From: an uncultured Actinomycetota bacterium
GTDB lineage: Bacteria > Actinomycetota > Actinomycetes > CAWDCV01
Length of the DNA: 64,000 bases
Assembly: GCA_963728125.1 (NCBI GenBank)
Contig: CAVSIZ010000013.1
Location: 98,803-162,802 of the forward strand
Direction of reading: 5' to 3'
This document shows positions 30,626 through 40,400 of this stretch, in pieces. A program made the position numbers and the translations under genes. The notes beneath the pieces are model-generated. The model saw only the letters and a program-made list of their open reading frames with translations, was not told where the DNA came from and ran no database searches. The stretch's first letter is position 1. Each line of letters begins with the position of its first letter.

Positions 30626-31330
30626 ATGGTGTTTGCCCCGACGGCCTCGGTTTCGACCCGCGACGCGGGATCCGGCGCAGTCCACGACCTGCTCGCCGTG
30701 TTGCCGAGCATCGCGCCATTCGGCGTCGCGCTCGGCATGAGCGCCACATCACTGCACGTCGGATCGGCCGCCACCGTCCTCGGGGCTGGCCTCATCTACG
30801 CCGGAAGCGCCCAGCTCACCGTCATGACGATGCTGTCCAGCGGGGCCGGTCTCGTTGCCGTGATCGCAGCCGGGATCCTCGTCAACTCGCGGCTCCTGCT
30901 GTACGGTGCCGCGCTCGAGCCGCAGTTCAAGCAGCAGCGACTGTGGTTCCGATTATTGGCAGCGCACTTCATCATCGATGCCACGTATATCGGGGCCATT
31001 TCGCGCCCCGAATTGGAGAATCCGACCGCCTTCCGTCGCTACTGGTTGAGGATGGGGTTCGGGCTGCTGGTCATGTGGACTGCCGCTGTGTGGCTCGGTG
31101 TCCTCCTCGGGCCCGCGCTGCCGCACCTGCCGCATCTGGGCCTCGTCGGTTACGCCTTGTTCGCGGCGATGGTGGTTCCGCGACTCACCAACCGCCCAGC
31201 CTTGGTCGCAGCAGCCGCCGCGGGGGCCACCGCGCTCGGCACCTGGTCGCTTGTCCCCAGCCTCGCCGTCCCTCTCGGTGCGGTTGCCGGGGTCGCTGCT
31301 GGAACCCTTCTTCAGCGGAGGGCGTCATGA
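30626..31330 (+). CDS. azlC: AzlC family branched-chain amino acid exporter subunit
   Basis: AzlC-like topology and motifs in a 234-aa protein. Confidence 0.7.
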   Translation: MVFAPTASVSTRDAGSGAVHDLLAVLPSIAPFGVALGMSATSLHVGSAATVLGAGLIYAGSAQLTVMTMLSSGAGLVAVIAAGILVNSRLLLYGAALEPQFKQQRLWFRLLAAHFIIDATYIGAISRPELENPTAFRRYWLRMGFGLLVMWTAAVWLGVLLGPALPHLPHLGLVGYALFAAMVVPRLTNRPALVAAAAAGATALGTWSLVPSLAVPLGAVAGVAAGTLLQRRAS

Positions 31331-31647
31331 CCGAGATGGTTGCGCTGCTCGCGCTGGCCGTCGCCAGTTGGGTTCTGCGTATCGGCCTCGTCGTACTCGT
31401 CCCCGCTTCCCGGCTCCCGGATGCCATCCGTTCCAGCCTCGACCACCTCGCCCCCGCCGTGCTCGCTGCGATCCTCGTGCTCGACCTCGCTGGGTCGGTG
31501 AGCGCGAGTGCGGACGCCGTGGATGGCGTGGCCACGCTCGGTGCGGCGGGGCTCATCGCGGTCGTCGCCTGGCGAACTCGCAACCTCGCCCTGACGGCGA
31601 TCGTCGCCTTGGCCGCCGTCGTCATGCTCGACGTCATCCTGGCCTGA
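31327..31647 (+). CDS. azlD: AzlD family branched-chain amino acid transport protein
   Basis: 106-aa hydrophobic protein overlapping the azlC stop. Confidence 0.65.
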   Translation: MTEMVALLALAVASWVLRIGLVVLVPASRLPDAIRSSLDHLAPAVLAAILVLDLAGSVSASADAVDGVATLGAAGLIAVVAWRTRNLALTAIVALAAVVMLDVILA

Positions 31648-31794
31648 GGTTCCGTCGCACTATCTGCGGGCCCAACTCGGTGCATTGACAGAAGCTTGTA
31701 ACGAGACCAGGGTCGGTGCAGACGACTGTCGCACAGACCTCGGCTCGGGGCCCACGTCAGGGGGTGGCGGCAGCAGTCGGTGGCGTGACATGCG

Positions 31795-34029
31795 GTGCGC
31801 ATCGTGCGTCGTGCCCAGGATCCGGGGGTCGTCAGTGATGCGGTTGCCGGAGTGGAAGCGTGCGGGACCGGAGGGCCCAGCGTGAGCGCCGCCCGGCCTG
31901 GTGAAGCCGCAGTAAGCACGACCGGGGCTCAATCGACCAGCGATGCCGTGCCCGTCACCGCACGGGCTGGTGGCCTGAAGCGCAGGCCGACTGGCGCTCC
32001 TCCACCTCTCCCGCGGCAGCTCGGCACTAGTGGCAAGGTGTGGCTGGGCCTCGGGGGGCTTCTCGTGATAGCTCTCGTGGCCTTTATCTTGCGCGGTCAG
32101 CCGCTGGTGGCCGCCCAGTTCGAGACCTGGGTCCTCGTGTCAATCGCCTCGCTTCGGACCGACTGGCTCACCCCGGTGATGCGCGTCGTGGGCGCGATCG
32201 GCGCCGGCTGGTCAATCACGATCGTGGGTTGGGGCATGCTCGCCCTGCTGATCATCTTCCGGCGCTGGCGGCATCTGTTCACGTTCTTCGCCAGCCTGAT
32301 CGTCGCGGGACTACTCGGCACCGTCGTCTACCTGGTGATACAGCGCCCCCGTCCGTACGGCGTAACCATCATTGGCAACTGGACTGCGTTCGCGGCGCCC
32401 TCGTTCCCGATTCTCACCCTCGCGGCCTGCCTCATCGGGTTCACCTATTCGATGGTGGTGCCGGGCCGGCCTCGTGACTGGGCGAAACTCGGCACCGGTG
32501 TCGTCATTGCCGTGGTGGCTTTCGCTCGCCTGTACCTCGCGGTCGACCACCCTTCCGACATCGTCTGGGCGATCGTCCTGGGAGTGACGATCCCGCTCGC
32601 GGCCTTCCGCTGGTTCACCCCGAACGAGACGTTCCCGGTGACGTACCGGCGTGGCAAGACAGCTCACCTGGACGTCACCGGGGCCAGAGGTGAGGCCATC
32701 AGGCGGGCGATCGCGGACCAACTGGGGCTCACGGTCCTCGAGGTCAAACCGATCGGGCTCGAGGCGTCCGGTGGATCCACACCACTGCGGCTGCGGATCG
32801 CCGGCGATCCCGACAGTCATGTCTTCGCCAAGCTGTACGCCAAGAACCACGTGCGCGCCGACCGGTGGTACAAGCTCGGCCGGGTCATCCTCTACGGGGC
32901 GTTGGAGGACGAAGCCTCGTTCCAGACCGTTCGCCGGTTCGTGCAGTACGAGGACTACACCCTGCGACTCATGCAGGACATGAAGATCCCGGTGCCCGCG
33001 CCCTACGGGATCGTCGAGATCACGCCCGAACGCGAGTATCTGATCGTCATGGAGTTCTTCGAGGGCGCCGCGGAGATCAGCGAGGCGGAGGTGACTGACG
33101 AGATCATCGATGAGGGCCTTCTGCTCATCCGGAAGCTGTGGGATGCGGGCCTGGCCCATCGGGACATCAAGCCTGGAAACCTCATGATCCGTGACGGCAA
33201 GGTGCTGCTCGTGGACGCCTTCTTCGTCCAGGTGCGGCCCTCGCCGTGGCGGCAGGCCGTTGACCTGGGCAACATGATGCTCGTCTTGGCGGTCAAGTCT
33301 GATCCGGACCGGGTCTACCGCCACGCGATGAAGTACTTCACCCCCACGGACATCGCGGAGGCGTTCGCGGCGACCCGCGGTGTCGCGAGCCCCACCCAAC
33401 TTCGGCTGGTGATGAAGCAGGACGGTCGCGACCTCGTCACCCAATTCCGTCGGCTGGCACCCGAGCGTCCTCCCATCGGCATCCAGCGATGGAGCGTACG
33501 GCGAGTGGCTCTCGCGAGCGGACTTGTCGTGGGCCTCGTCGCGGTCATCGCTACCACGGTTTCCCTCCTGACCCCGAGTGGGGACATGGAGATCCCGTTC
33601 TCGCCCACCTGCGAGCCGCAGTCGGTCACCGTCTTGATGGCGCAGTCGGTCCCCACGGCGACCGCGGTTCCCTGTATTGCGACCCTCCCGACGGGATTGA
33701 CCTTCGACGGGGCGACCGCACGCAACGGCGAGGCGAGGTTCTGGCTGAGCTCGGATCGGGCTGGCGATGCAGCGGTCACCGTGACGTTCGCCGGCACATG
33801 CGACGCGGCCGCCTCGAGCGGCGGATCTGAACCGGACCGCTTCTCTCGTCTCCCCGGCGGATGCGTCACGTATGACTACTCCATCCCGGCTCGCGACGAT
33901 CCGGAGATCACCGAGGCCATCGACGACGCCCTGGGCTTCCTCGCGAGGGACGATCTGGTGGCCTACGTCAACGAAGAGACTGGCCTGACCCTGTGTGGCG
34001 CCGGCGTCACCTGCCCGGGGACCCCGTAG
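31795..34029 (+). CDS. membrane protein: PAP2 phosphatase domain fused to a Kdo/WaaP-like lipid-kinase (protein-kinase-like) domain and a C-terminal transmembrane helix plus extracytoplasmic domain
   Basis: PAP2 motifs (QRPRPYG, PSFP, DHPSDIV); the kinase catalytic loop LAHRDIKPGNLMIRDGKVLLVDAFF; a late transmembrane helix VALASGLVVGLVAVIATTV. Confidence 0.6.
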   Translation: MRIVRRAQDPGVVSDAVAGVEACGTGGPSVSAARPGEAAVSTTGAQSTSDAVPVTARAGGLKRRPTGAPPPLPRQLGTSGKVWLGLGGLLVIALVAFILRGQPLVAAQFETWVLVSIASLRTDWLTPVMRVVGAIGAGWSITIVGWGMLALLIIFRRWRHLFTFFASLIVAGLLGTVVYLVIQRPRPYGVTIIGNWTAFAAPSFPILTLAACLIGFTYSMVVPGRPRDWAKLGTGVVIAVVAFARLYLAVDHPSDIVWAIVLGVTIPLAAFRWFTPNETFPVTYRRGKTAHLDVTGARGEAIRRAIADQLGLTVLEVKPIGLEASGGSTPLRLRIAGDPDSHVFAKLYAKNHVRADRWYKLGRVILYGALEDEASFQTVRRFVQYEDYTLRLMQDMKIPVPAPYGIVEITPEREYLIVMEFFEGAAEISEAEVTDEIIDEGLLLIRKLWDAGLAHRDIKPGNLMIRDGKVLLVDAFFVQVRPSPWRQAVDLGNMMLVLAVKSDPDRVYRHAMKYFTPTDIAEAFAATRGVASPTQLRLVMKQDGRDLVTQFRRLAPERPPIGIQRWSVRRVALASGLVVGLVAVIATTVSLLTPSGDMEIPFSPTCEPQSVTVLMAQSVPTATAVPCIATLPTGLTFDGATARNGEARFWLSSDRAGDAAVTVTFAGTCDAAASSGGSEPDRFSRLPGGCVTYDYSIPARDDPEITEAIDDALGFLARDDLVAYVNEETGLTLCGAGVTCPGTP

Positions 34030-34052
34030 CAGCTACCTCCATCGCTACGGGG

Positions 34053-34712
34053 TCATGCATGCGGTGTGACGAGCCCGGATTCGTAGGCGAGGACAACTGC
34101 CTGCACGCGATCGCGCAGCTTCAGGGTGGCGAGTAGTTGCATCACTTGGATGCTCACCATGGTCGGGCTGAGATGTAGCTCGGCCGCGAGGTCCATGTCG
34201 CTCTTGCCTGCGGCGAGCAGTCTCAGGATGGTGCGTTCTCGGTCGGTCAGGCCAGCGAGCAGGTCAGCAACGTACGGGCTAGCGGTCGTGCGCGCGAATT
34301 GTTCGATGAGTCGTCGGGTGACTGAGGGCGACAGGAGCGCCTCCCCCTGGGCGACCACGCGAATGGCGTGGATGAGCTCGTCGGCCGGGGTGTTCTTGAG
34401 CAGGAATCCACTGGCCCCGGAGCGCAGCGCCTGGAAGACGTACTCGTCGCGTTCGAAGGTGGTCAGGATCACCACCTTGGTGGCGAGGTCACGCTGCTGG
34501 CTGATGCGGCGGGTGGCTTCCAGCCCGTCAACGACCGGCATTTGAATGTCCATGAGCACGAGGTCGGGACGAAGGCGTTCGGTCGCCGCGGTCGCTTGCT
34601 CGCCATCCTCGACGTCGCCTACCACCTCGATGTCGTTCTCGGTCTCCAGGATCATGCGCAGCCCTGTCCGTACCAGAGCGTCATCGTCGGCGAGGAGAAC
34701 CTGAATCGTCAT
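34053..34712 (-). CDS. LuxR/NarL-family response regulator
   Basis: REC domain (DD...D...K) plus a C-terminal LuxR HTH. Confidence 0.85.
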   Translation of the reverse strand: MTIQVLLADDDALVRTGLRMILETENDIEVVGDVEDGEQATAATERLRPDLVLMDIQMPVVDGLEATRRISQQRDLATKVVILTTFERDEYVFQALRSGASGFLLKNTPADELIHAIRVVAQGEALLSPSVTRRLIEQFARTTASPYVADLLAGLTDRERTILRLLAAGKSDMDLAAELHLSPTMVSIQVMQLLATLKLRDRVQAVVLAYESGLVTPHA

Positions 34713-35860
34713 TGCTGGTCCAGCGGAAAGATCGCGTGCACCTCATAGCCGCCACCCGGCAGTGGTCCCGCAGTCAGCCGACCGCCGTGCAGGGCGACCC
34801 GCTCGCGCATCCCGATCAGTCCGTGACCCACCCGCTTGTTGGGCACGGCGGCCTGACGCAGTCCGTCGTCGACGACTTCGACCTCGACTTCCTTCGGCCG
34901 GTACTGCACGCGCACGTGCGCAGCGGTAGCCCCCTCGGCATGCTTGATGGTGTTGGTCAGCGCTTCTTGCACCACCCGGTACGCGGACATGTCGATGCTG
35001 GTCGGTAGCACGCGCTCATCACCTTCCACTCGCACATCAATTGAGAGGTTCGCCTCGCGCAATTGAGCTGTCAGGGCGTCAAGCTGGCGCAGGTTGGGTG
35101 GCGGTGCCAACTGGTTGGCGTCGCTCTCCTGGCGCAGGAAACCAAGCAGGCGGTGCATCTCGCCCACGGCCTGGCGGCTGGAGTCCTCGATCGAGGTCAG
35201 GGCCGCGTTCGCCTTGCCCGGGTCCTGGTCCATCGTCCGCCTGGCGGCGGCCGCCAAGACGCCGATCACGCTCACATGGTGGGCGACCACGTCGTGCAGC
35301 TCACGGGCCAGCCGGGTGCGTTCCTCCGCGACCACCTGTCGTGCCATCGCTTGCTGTGCACGCTCTTGCTCCTCGCGTCGGCGGGCGGTGCTGTAGCCGA
35401 GGACCCAGGTGGCTAGCCAGATGAACAGCACGCCGATGGGCGTGAATGGTCCGGTGGAGATCGTGGTGGCGAAGTACCCGGCGACACCGGCCACAATGAT
35501 CGGCGGCCCCCACCGGGCCCGAGTCTGTGTCGCATACAGGCCCAGGGAGTACACGCCGAGCTGATTGGCGTAGGGAGAGAACACGCTGCCGATCCCCAGC
35601 AACGACTCGAGGCACAGGGCCGCGGAACTCGTCACGAACGCCGTCAGGGGGACCCGTCGCCGCAACCACACGCTCCCGGCCAGAACCAGGGTCAAGACGA
35701 CGGAAGCAACCACGGGCATGCCGCCGGGCAACGGGTCCAACACCCGGTCCACGGCTACCGCCGCAATGAAGATCAGCGCGAGCCCTGCGTCGACGGCCGA
35801 AGCTGGCATCCGGCGCAGCCGCGCCAGCCTGCGGGTCAGCCCCTCCATGGCCATCGTCAC
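34709..35860 (-). CDS. sensor histidine kinase (HisKA_3/HATPase_c)
   Basis: Transmembrane N-terminus; H-box ELHDVVAHHVSVI; ATPase domain; 4-nt overlap with the response regulator. Confidence 0.8.
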   Translation of the reverse strand: MTMAMEGLTRRLARLRRMPASAVDAGLALIFIAAVAVDRVLDPLPGGMPVVASVVLTLVLAGSVWLRRRVPLTAFVTSSAALCLESLLGIGSVFSPYANQLGVYSLGLYATQTRARWGPPIIVAGVAGYFATTISTGPFTPIGVLFIWLATWVLGYSTARRREEQERAQQAMARQVVAEERTRLARELHDVVAHHVSVIGVLAAAARRTMDQDPGKANAALTSIEDSSRQAVGEMHRLLGFLRQESDANQLAPPPNLRQLDALTAQLREANLSIDVRVEGDERVLPTSIDMSAYRVVQEALTNTIKHAEGATAAHVRVQYRPKEVEVEVVDDGLRQAAVPNKRVGHGLIGMRERVALHGGRLTAGPLPGGGYEVHAIFPLDQQ

Positions 35861-35893
35861 CTCCTGCCCGGCGATGCCGCCCGCTAGCGGAGA

Positions 35894-36412
35894 TCACTCG
35901 GTGGTCGAAACCCCGCGCTCAGCCACGGCCGGTTCGTCGACGGCACCGTAGGTCCAGTCGTAGATCACCGTGCTTCTGAACACCAGGTCCTGTATGGATG
36001 CGTTGCGTCTACTGACGAGAATCCACAGGAGCCCGGCCGGAAAGGCCAAGCAGAAGACCGCGCGCAGGAAAGCGATGATGGGACGCAGAGGTGTCCCCGC
36101 GCGACCCACCAGGCGTAGGCCAAGGACCTGCATCCCCACCGTGCGCCCGGCGATCGCCCAGCCCGCGGTGAGGTAGGCGATGGCGAGGCCGGTGGTGCCC
36201 ACCGCCTCCGGCAACCGCGAAGCTGTCGCGGCATTCAAGGGTGGACCGGTGACGAGATATCGCGCGAGCGCCAGGACGACGAGAAGGACAACACCGATCA
36301 GCGTGATCGTCACCAGATCGATGACAGCGGCACTCACTCGAGACGCAAAGCCGGCTCGGTGACCGTGGAGGGCGACTGCCGTGGAGCGGGTGTGATGCTG
36401 CGTCATCAGCAC
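35894..36412 (-). CDS. RDD family membrane protein
   Basis: RDD-domain topology in a 172-aa protein. Confidence 0.6.
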   Translation of the reverse strand: MLMTQHHTRSTAVALHGHRAGFASRVSAAVIDLVTITLIGVVLLVVLALARYLVTGPPLNAATASRLPEAVGTTGLAIAYLTAGWAIAGRTVGMQVLGLRLVGRAGTPLRPIIAFLRAVFCLAFPAGLLWILVSRRNASIQDLVFRSTVIYDWTYGAVDEPAVAERGVSTTE

Positions 36413-36413
36413 G

Positions 36414-37472
36414 TCAGGGCACTAAGGGCAGGCTGGCGGGCGGACTGGTGTCTCGACCCCCGGCTCGCAGCAGGAGGCGGTCGACGATGCGGCTCAAGAA
36501 CTGGTCGGCACGCATCCCTTGAATGCGGACGGCGTCAACGGTCTCAGCGGCCATGGCACCGCTCGACTCGCGCACGATGAGACCGACATCGACCTCGTCG
36601 AGCACTTGCTCGGTGATGCTCGCCAGGTCGACCCGATTCACCACGGCATTCACGTCCAGGCGGGCGGCGACGGCATCGAGATCCAGACGCGCGGCGACAG
36701 CATCGACATCGACCATGGCGATCACCTCGGCAGTGAGTCGCTGGAGGTCGACCCGATCCACGACGGCGTCGACGTCGAGACGGGCGGCGATCGCGTCGAG
36801 ATCCAGGCGGGTGGCGATGACATCAAGGTCCAGGCGATCGACGATGGCGTCGATGTCGACGCGAGCCACCGCCGCGTCCAGGTCCACGCGGGCGACAACT
36901 GCGTCGAGGTCGACCTCCGCCAGCACGGCGTCGACGACAGCCCGAACCACCGCCTGACCTGTCGCGAACGTGATCTGTTGATTGCGGCGCTGCTCGGCCA
37001 GCCCGTTCTCGCTCAGGTTCTCGAGTCGACGGGCGATCCCCGCCCCCGGACCTCGCGCCGACGCCACTTCGAGCACCGCCGACATTGTCGTCGCCACCGG
37101 GCCGCCGATCGATGCCGCGGCATTGAAGAATCGCCGCTGCGCTTCCACGGCCAAGCCGGCAGTGCCGACGGCGACCCGCAGCAAGGTTTGCGTGGGTGGT
37201 GGTACGGCGGCGTCCCGTGCGCCGACGTGTCGAGGACCGACAGCGGTACGCGTGGATGCCTCGAGGAGCTCCCGCAGGGCGAGTATCGCGAGTCCAGTAA
37301 GACCCAAGCCCAGACGAACGGCACTGCGCAGCGCATCGGCAGGAACGGGTGCCGCCGCAGGATCGACGAATCCGCCGGAGGTGTACGGCAAATCTCGCCC
37401 GTCGGTCCACACCGTGTCGTCATCGGCCCCCATGGAGGCCATCGTTGCAGCTAGGCGGGCCGCCGTCCTCAC
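36414..37472 (-). CDS. hypothetical protein with about nine tandem 11-residue repeats (consensus [AV]VxR[VL]D[LIV]DA[VI])
   Basis: VDLDAVVARVDLDAAVARVDIDAIVDRLDLDVIATRLDLDAIAARLDVDAVVDRVDL...; both strands are open because of the repeats. Confidence 0.5.
   Translation of the reverse strand: MRTAARLAATMASMGADDDTVWTDGRDLPYTSGGFVDPAAAPVPADALRSAVRLGLGLTGLAILALRELLEASTRTAVGPRHVGARDAAVPPPTQTLLRVAVGTAGLAVEAQRRFFNAAASIGGPVATTMSAVLEVASARGPGAGIARRLENLSENGLAEQRRNQQITFATGQAVVRAVVDAVLAEVDLDAVVARVDLDAAVARVDIDAIVDRLDLDVIATRLDLDAIAARLDVDAVVDRVDLQRLTAEVIAMVDVDAVAARLDLDAVAARLDVNAVVNRVDLASITEQVLDEVDVGLIVRESSGAMAAETVDAVRIQGMRADQFLSRIVDRLLLRAGGRDTSPPASLPLVP
36590..36900. repeat. tandem 33-bp coding repeats (the 11-aa units of the protein above)
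   Basis: Periodic gtcgac/gtcgag...gcgggcggcga units are visible directly in the DNA. Confidence 0.6.
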
Positions 37473-37496
37473 TCGTTGCGTATGAGCTCGTGCCGG

Positions 37497-40400
37497 TTAC
37501 CCGCGGAGGCGAAGGCCGCGTGGGGTGGCGTGGAAACCAGCGGCGGACAGGGCTTGGCCCAGAGTGCTGGTGAGCACGCCTTCGCCATCGGCGCGCTCGA
37601 CGGTGAGCTTGCCGAGGTGACCCTCGCGGACGGCTAAGGCGAGGGCGTCTACGGCGGGTTGGAGGCGATCATCCGCCTCGTCGACGAAGGTGAGCAGAGA
37701 GCGGCCGCCGCGTTCGACATAGAGGATGAGTGCGCCGTCGACCAAGACAGCCAGGGCACCCGCTTTCCGGCCGGGCTTGTGGCTGCCCTCTCCCTCGCGA
37801 TCGGGCCAGGGAAGTGCCGCGCCGTAAGGGTTGGCCGGGTCGGTTGCGGCGAGCACCAGGGCGCGGGGACCTTCGTCCTCGCGGTGGCGGCGGGGCGATG
37901 CCGTCGGCCGGCGCTCTGACGGGCTGACCGCCAAGGCGCGCATGCGGTCGACCGCGCCGGGGGCAGCGAACTGAGAAGCGCCGAGGCCTTCGACGAAGTA
38001 GCCGCGACGGATCCGACCGGTCTCCTCGATCGCAGCCAGCACGCGATAGGTGGCGGCGAAGCCGCCGGGAACCCGCTCGCTCGTGACGGAGCCGCGGGTC
38101 ACGATCCCGTGCCGGTCGAGGAGTGTCTCGGCGACGGCTGCTGCGCGCCGGGTCTCGTCCGTCTCGCGTTCGGGAAGCAGCGACCAGCGACCGGCAACGG
38201 AGGGCGGGCCGGTGCGGCTGGGCATCGTGGGACGGCTCCGGCTGTAGCGCGTCCGCGGCTGCGCGGGCCTGGCTCGGTGCGTGCCACGGCCGGTGCCGAT
38301 GAGCGAGCGCAGCGGCGCCAGCGTGTCGTTGGTGACGAGGCCAGCCCACACAAGGTCCCAGACAGCAGACACGAGCGTCTGGTCGTCGAGAGAGCCGACG
38401 CGATCGGACAGCGTCCGGAAGAACAGAGCCGCGCCGCCAGACAGCTCCGTCAGCACTGCGTCGTGCAGCGGTGTGCTGGAGTACTCGGCTACCGGAGGAA
38501 GAAGCAGCGGCGCTGAGTCTGTCGGCAGCAGCGTGAGCCAGCCGTCGTTGCCGGGCAGCGAGCCGCGGCCGGCCCAGACGACTTCGCCGGAGGAGCAGAG
38601 CTCGTCGAGCATCGCCGGGGAGTAACCAGCAACCCGTGTCGGGAGCACCAGCTGTTCCAGCGCGGAGGCCGGCACCGCCGCGCCCTGCAGTTGCTCGACG
38701 ACACGCAGCACGCCGTCAGGACCACGCAGCCCGCCGACGCCGACGTGCTGCCACGCCGGGAGAAAGCGGGCCAGGGCGACGGGCTCGACGGGCTCGACTT
38801 CCCGACGCAGCGCCGCCAGGGACATGCGTCGCAGCCGGCGCAGCACCTCGGCGTCGCACCATTCAGTACCGAGGCCACCCGGTCGGAACTCGCCCTCGAC
38901 GACACGACCCGATGACGACAACCGTCGCAGCGTCTCCGTAGCTACAGCAATGCCGACGCCGAACCGAACAGCAACGTCGGCGGCGTGGAAAGGTCCATGC
39001 GTGCGGGCGTAGCGCGACACCAGGTCGCCGAGCGGATCCGCGACCAGCTCGAGGAAGGCCTCGGGAATGCCGACTGGCAGCGGCACCCCCAGCGCGTCGC
39101 GCAACCGCCCAGCATCTTCGATGGCTGTCCAGCGCTCGTCGCCTGCGATGCGGACCCGAATCGCGCGCCGCACCTCCTCGAGGCCGGCGAGCCACTGTGG
39201 CGTTGCCCCCCGCTCCACCGCTTCTGCCGTCGACAGCGGCCCGAGGACGCGCAGCAGGTCGGCGACATCCTCGGCATCGCGACACTGACGATCCTCCGTC
39301 AGCCGTTGCAGTTCGCGCTCGAGCGTCTCCAGGGCCGAGGGGTCGAGCAGCTCTCGCAGCTCTGCCTGCCCGAGCAGTTCAGCGAGCAGACTCGTATCGA
39401 GCGCCAAGGCCGCGGCCCGTCGCTCCGCCAGGGGGGAGTCGCCTTCGTACATGAATGCGCCGACGTAGCCGAAGAGCAGCGACCGCGCGAACGGTGACGG
39501 CTGGGTCGTCTCGACTTCGACGAAGCGCACGCGACGCGATTCGAGGTCGCGCATCAACTCCACGAGCCCCGGAACGTCGAAGACGTCCTGCAAACACTCG
39601 CGCATCGTCTCGAGCACGATGGGGAACGAGCCGTACTGGCTGGCCACCGACAGCAGCTGTGCCGAGCGCTGTCGCTGCTGCCACAGCGGGGACCGTCGAC
39701 CAGGGTTGCGCCGCGGTAGCAGTAGCGCCCGGGCCGCGCACTCGCGAAACCGCGACGCGAACAGCGCCGATCCGCCGACCTCCTCGGTGACGAGCGGCTC
39801 GACCTCGTCGGGCTCGAACACGGCCAGCTCCGCCGGCGGCGAATCCTCGGTGTCGGGCAACCGCAGCACGATTCCGTCGTCGGAGTGCATCGCCTGCACG
39901 TTGACGCCGTACCGCTCCCGCAGTCGCGCCGACAGCGCCAGTGCCCACGGGGCGTGCACCTGAGCGCCGAATGGTGAGTGAATCGCGACCCGCCAGTCAC
40001 CGAGCTCGTCGCGGAATCGCTCGACCAGGATGGTCCGGTCATCGGGGACGTGCCCGGTCGCTTCGCGTTGCTCCGTCAGGTAGGCAAGCAGGTTGTCCGT
40101 TGCCCACTCGTCGAGCCCGGCAGCCAGTACCCGCGACCGCGCGCGATCGGCAGAGAGCTTGCCCAGCTCGCGGATGAACGCGCCGAGCGCACGGCCGAGC
40201 TCGATCGGCCGTCCTGGAGCGTCACCGTGCCAGAAGGGCAGCCGACCAGGCATCCCGGGCGCGGGTGACACGAGCACGCGATCGTGGGTGATGTCCTCGA
40301 TCCGCCACGATGTCGACCCGAGGGTGAACACGTCGCCGACGCGCGATTCGTACACCATCTCTTCATCGAGTTCGCCGACCCGCGAGGCCTTCTCGCCGAC

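Noticed and set aside
32311-33444. 377-aa minus-strand ORF
   Set aside because: It is antisense to the PAP2-kinase fusion gene, which has clear motifs
36590-36900. Possible CRISPR-like array (regular 33-bp periodicity)
   Set aside because: The units are contiguous coding repeats with no unique spacers, no leader, and no cas genes
36519-37454. 311-aa plus-strand ORF opposite the repeat protein
   Set aside because: The open frame is a by-product of the 33-bp tandem repeats. The minus strand gives a coherent N-terminal domain, the repeat, then a C-terminal architecture, and ends 2 bp before the RDD gene
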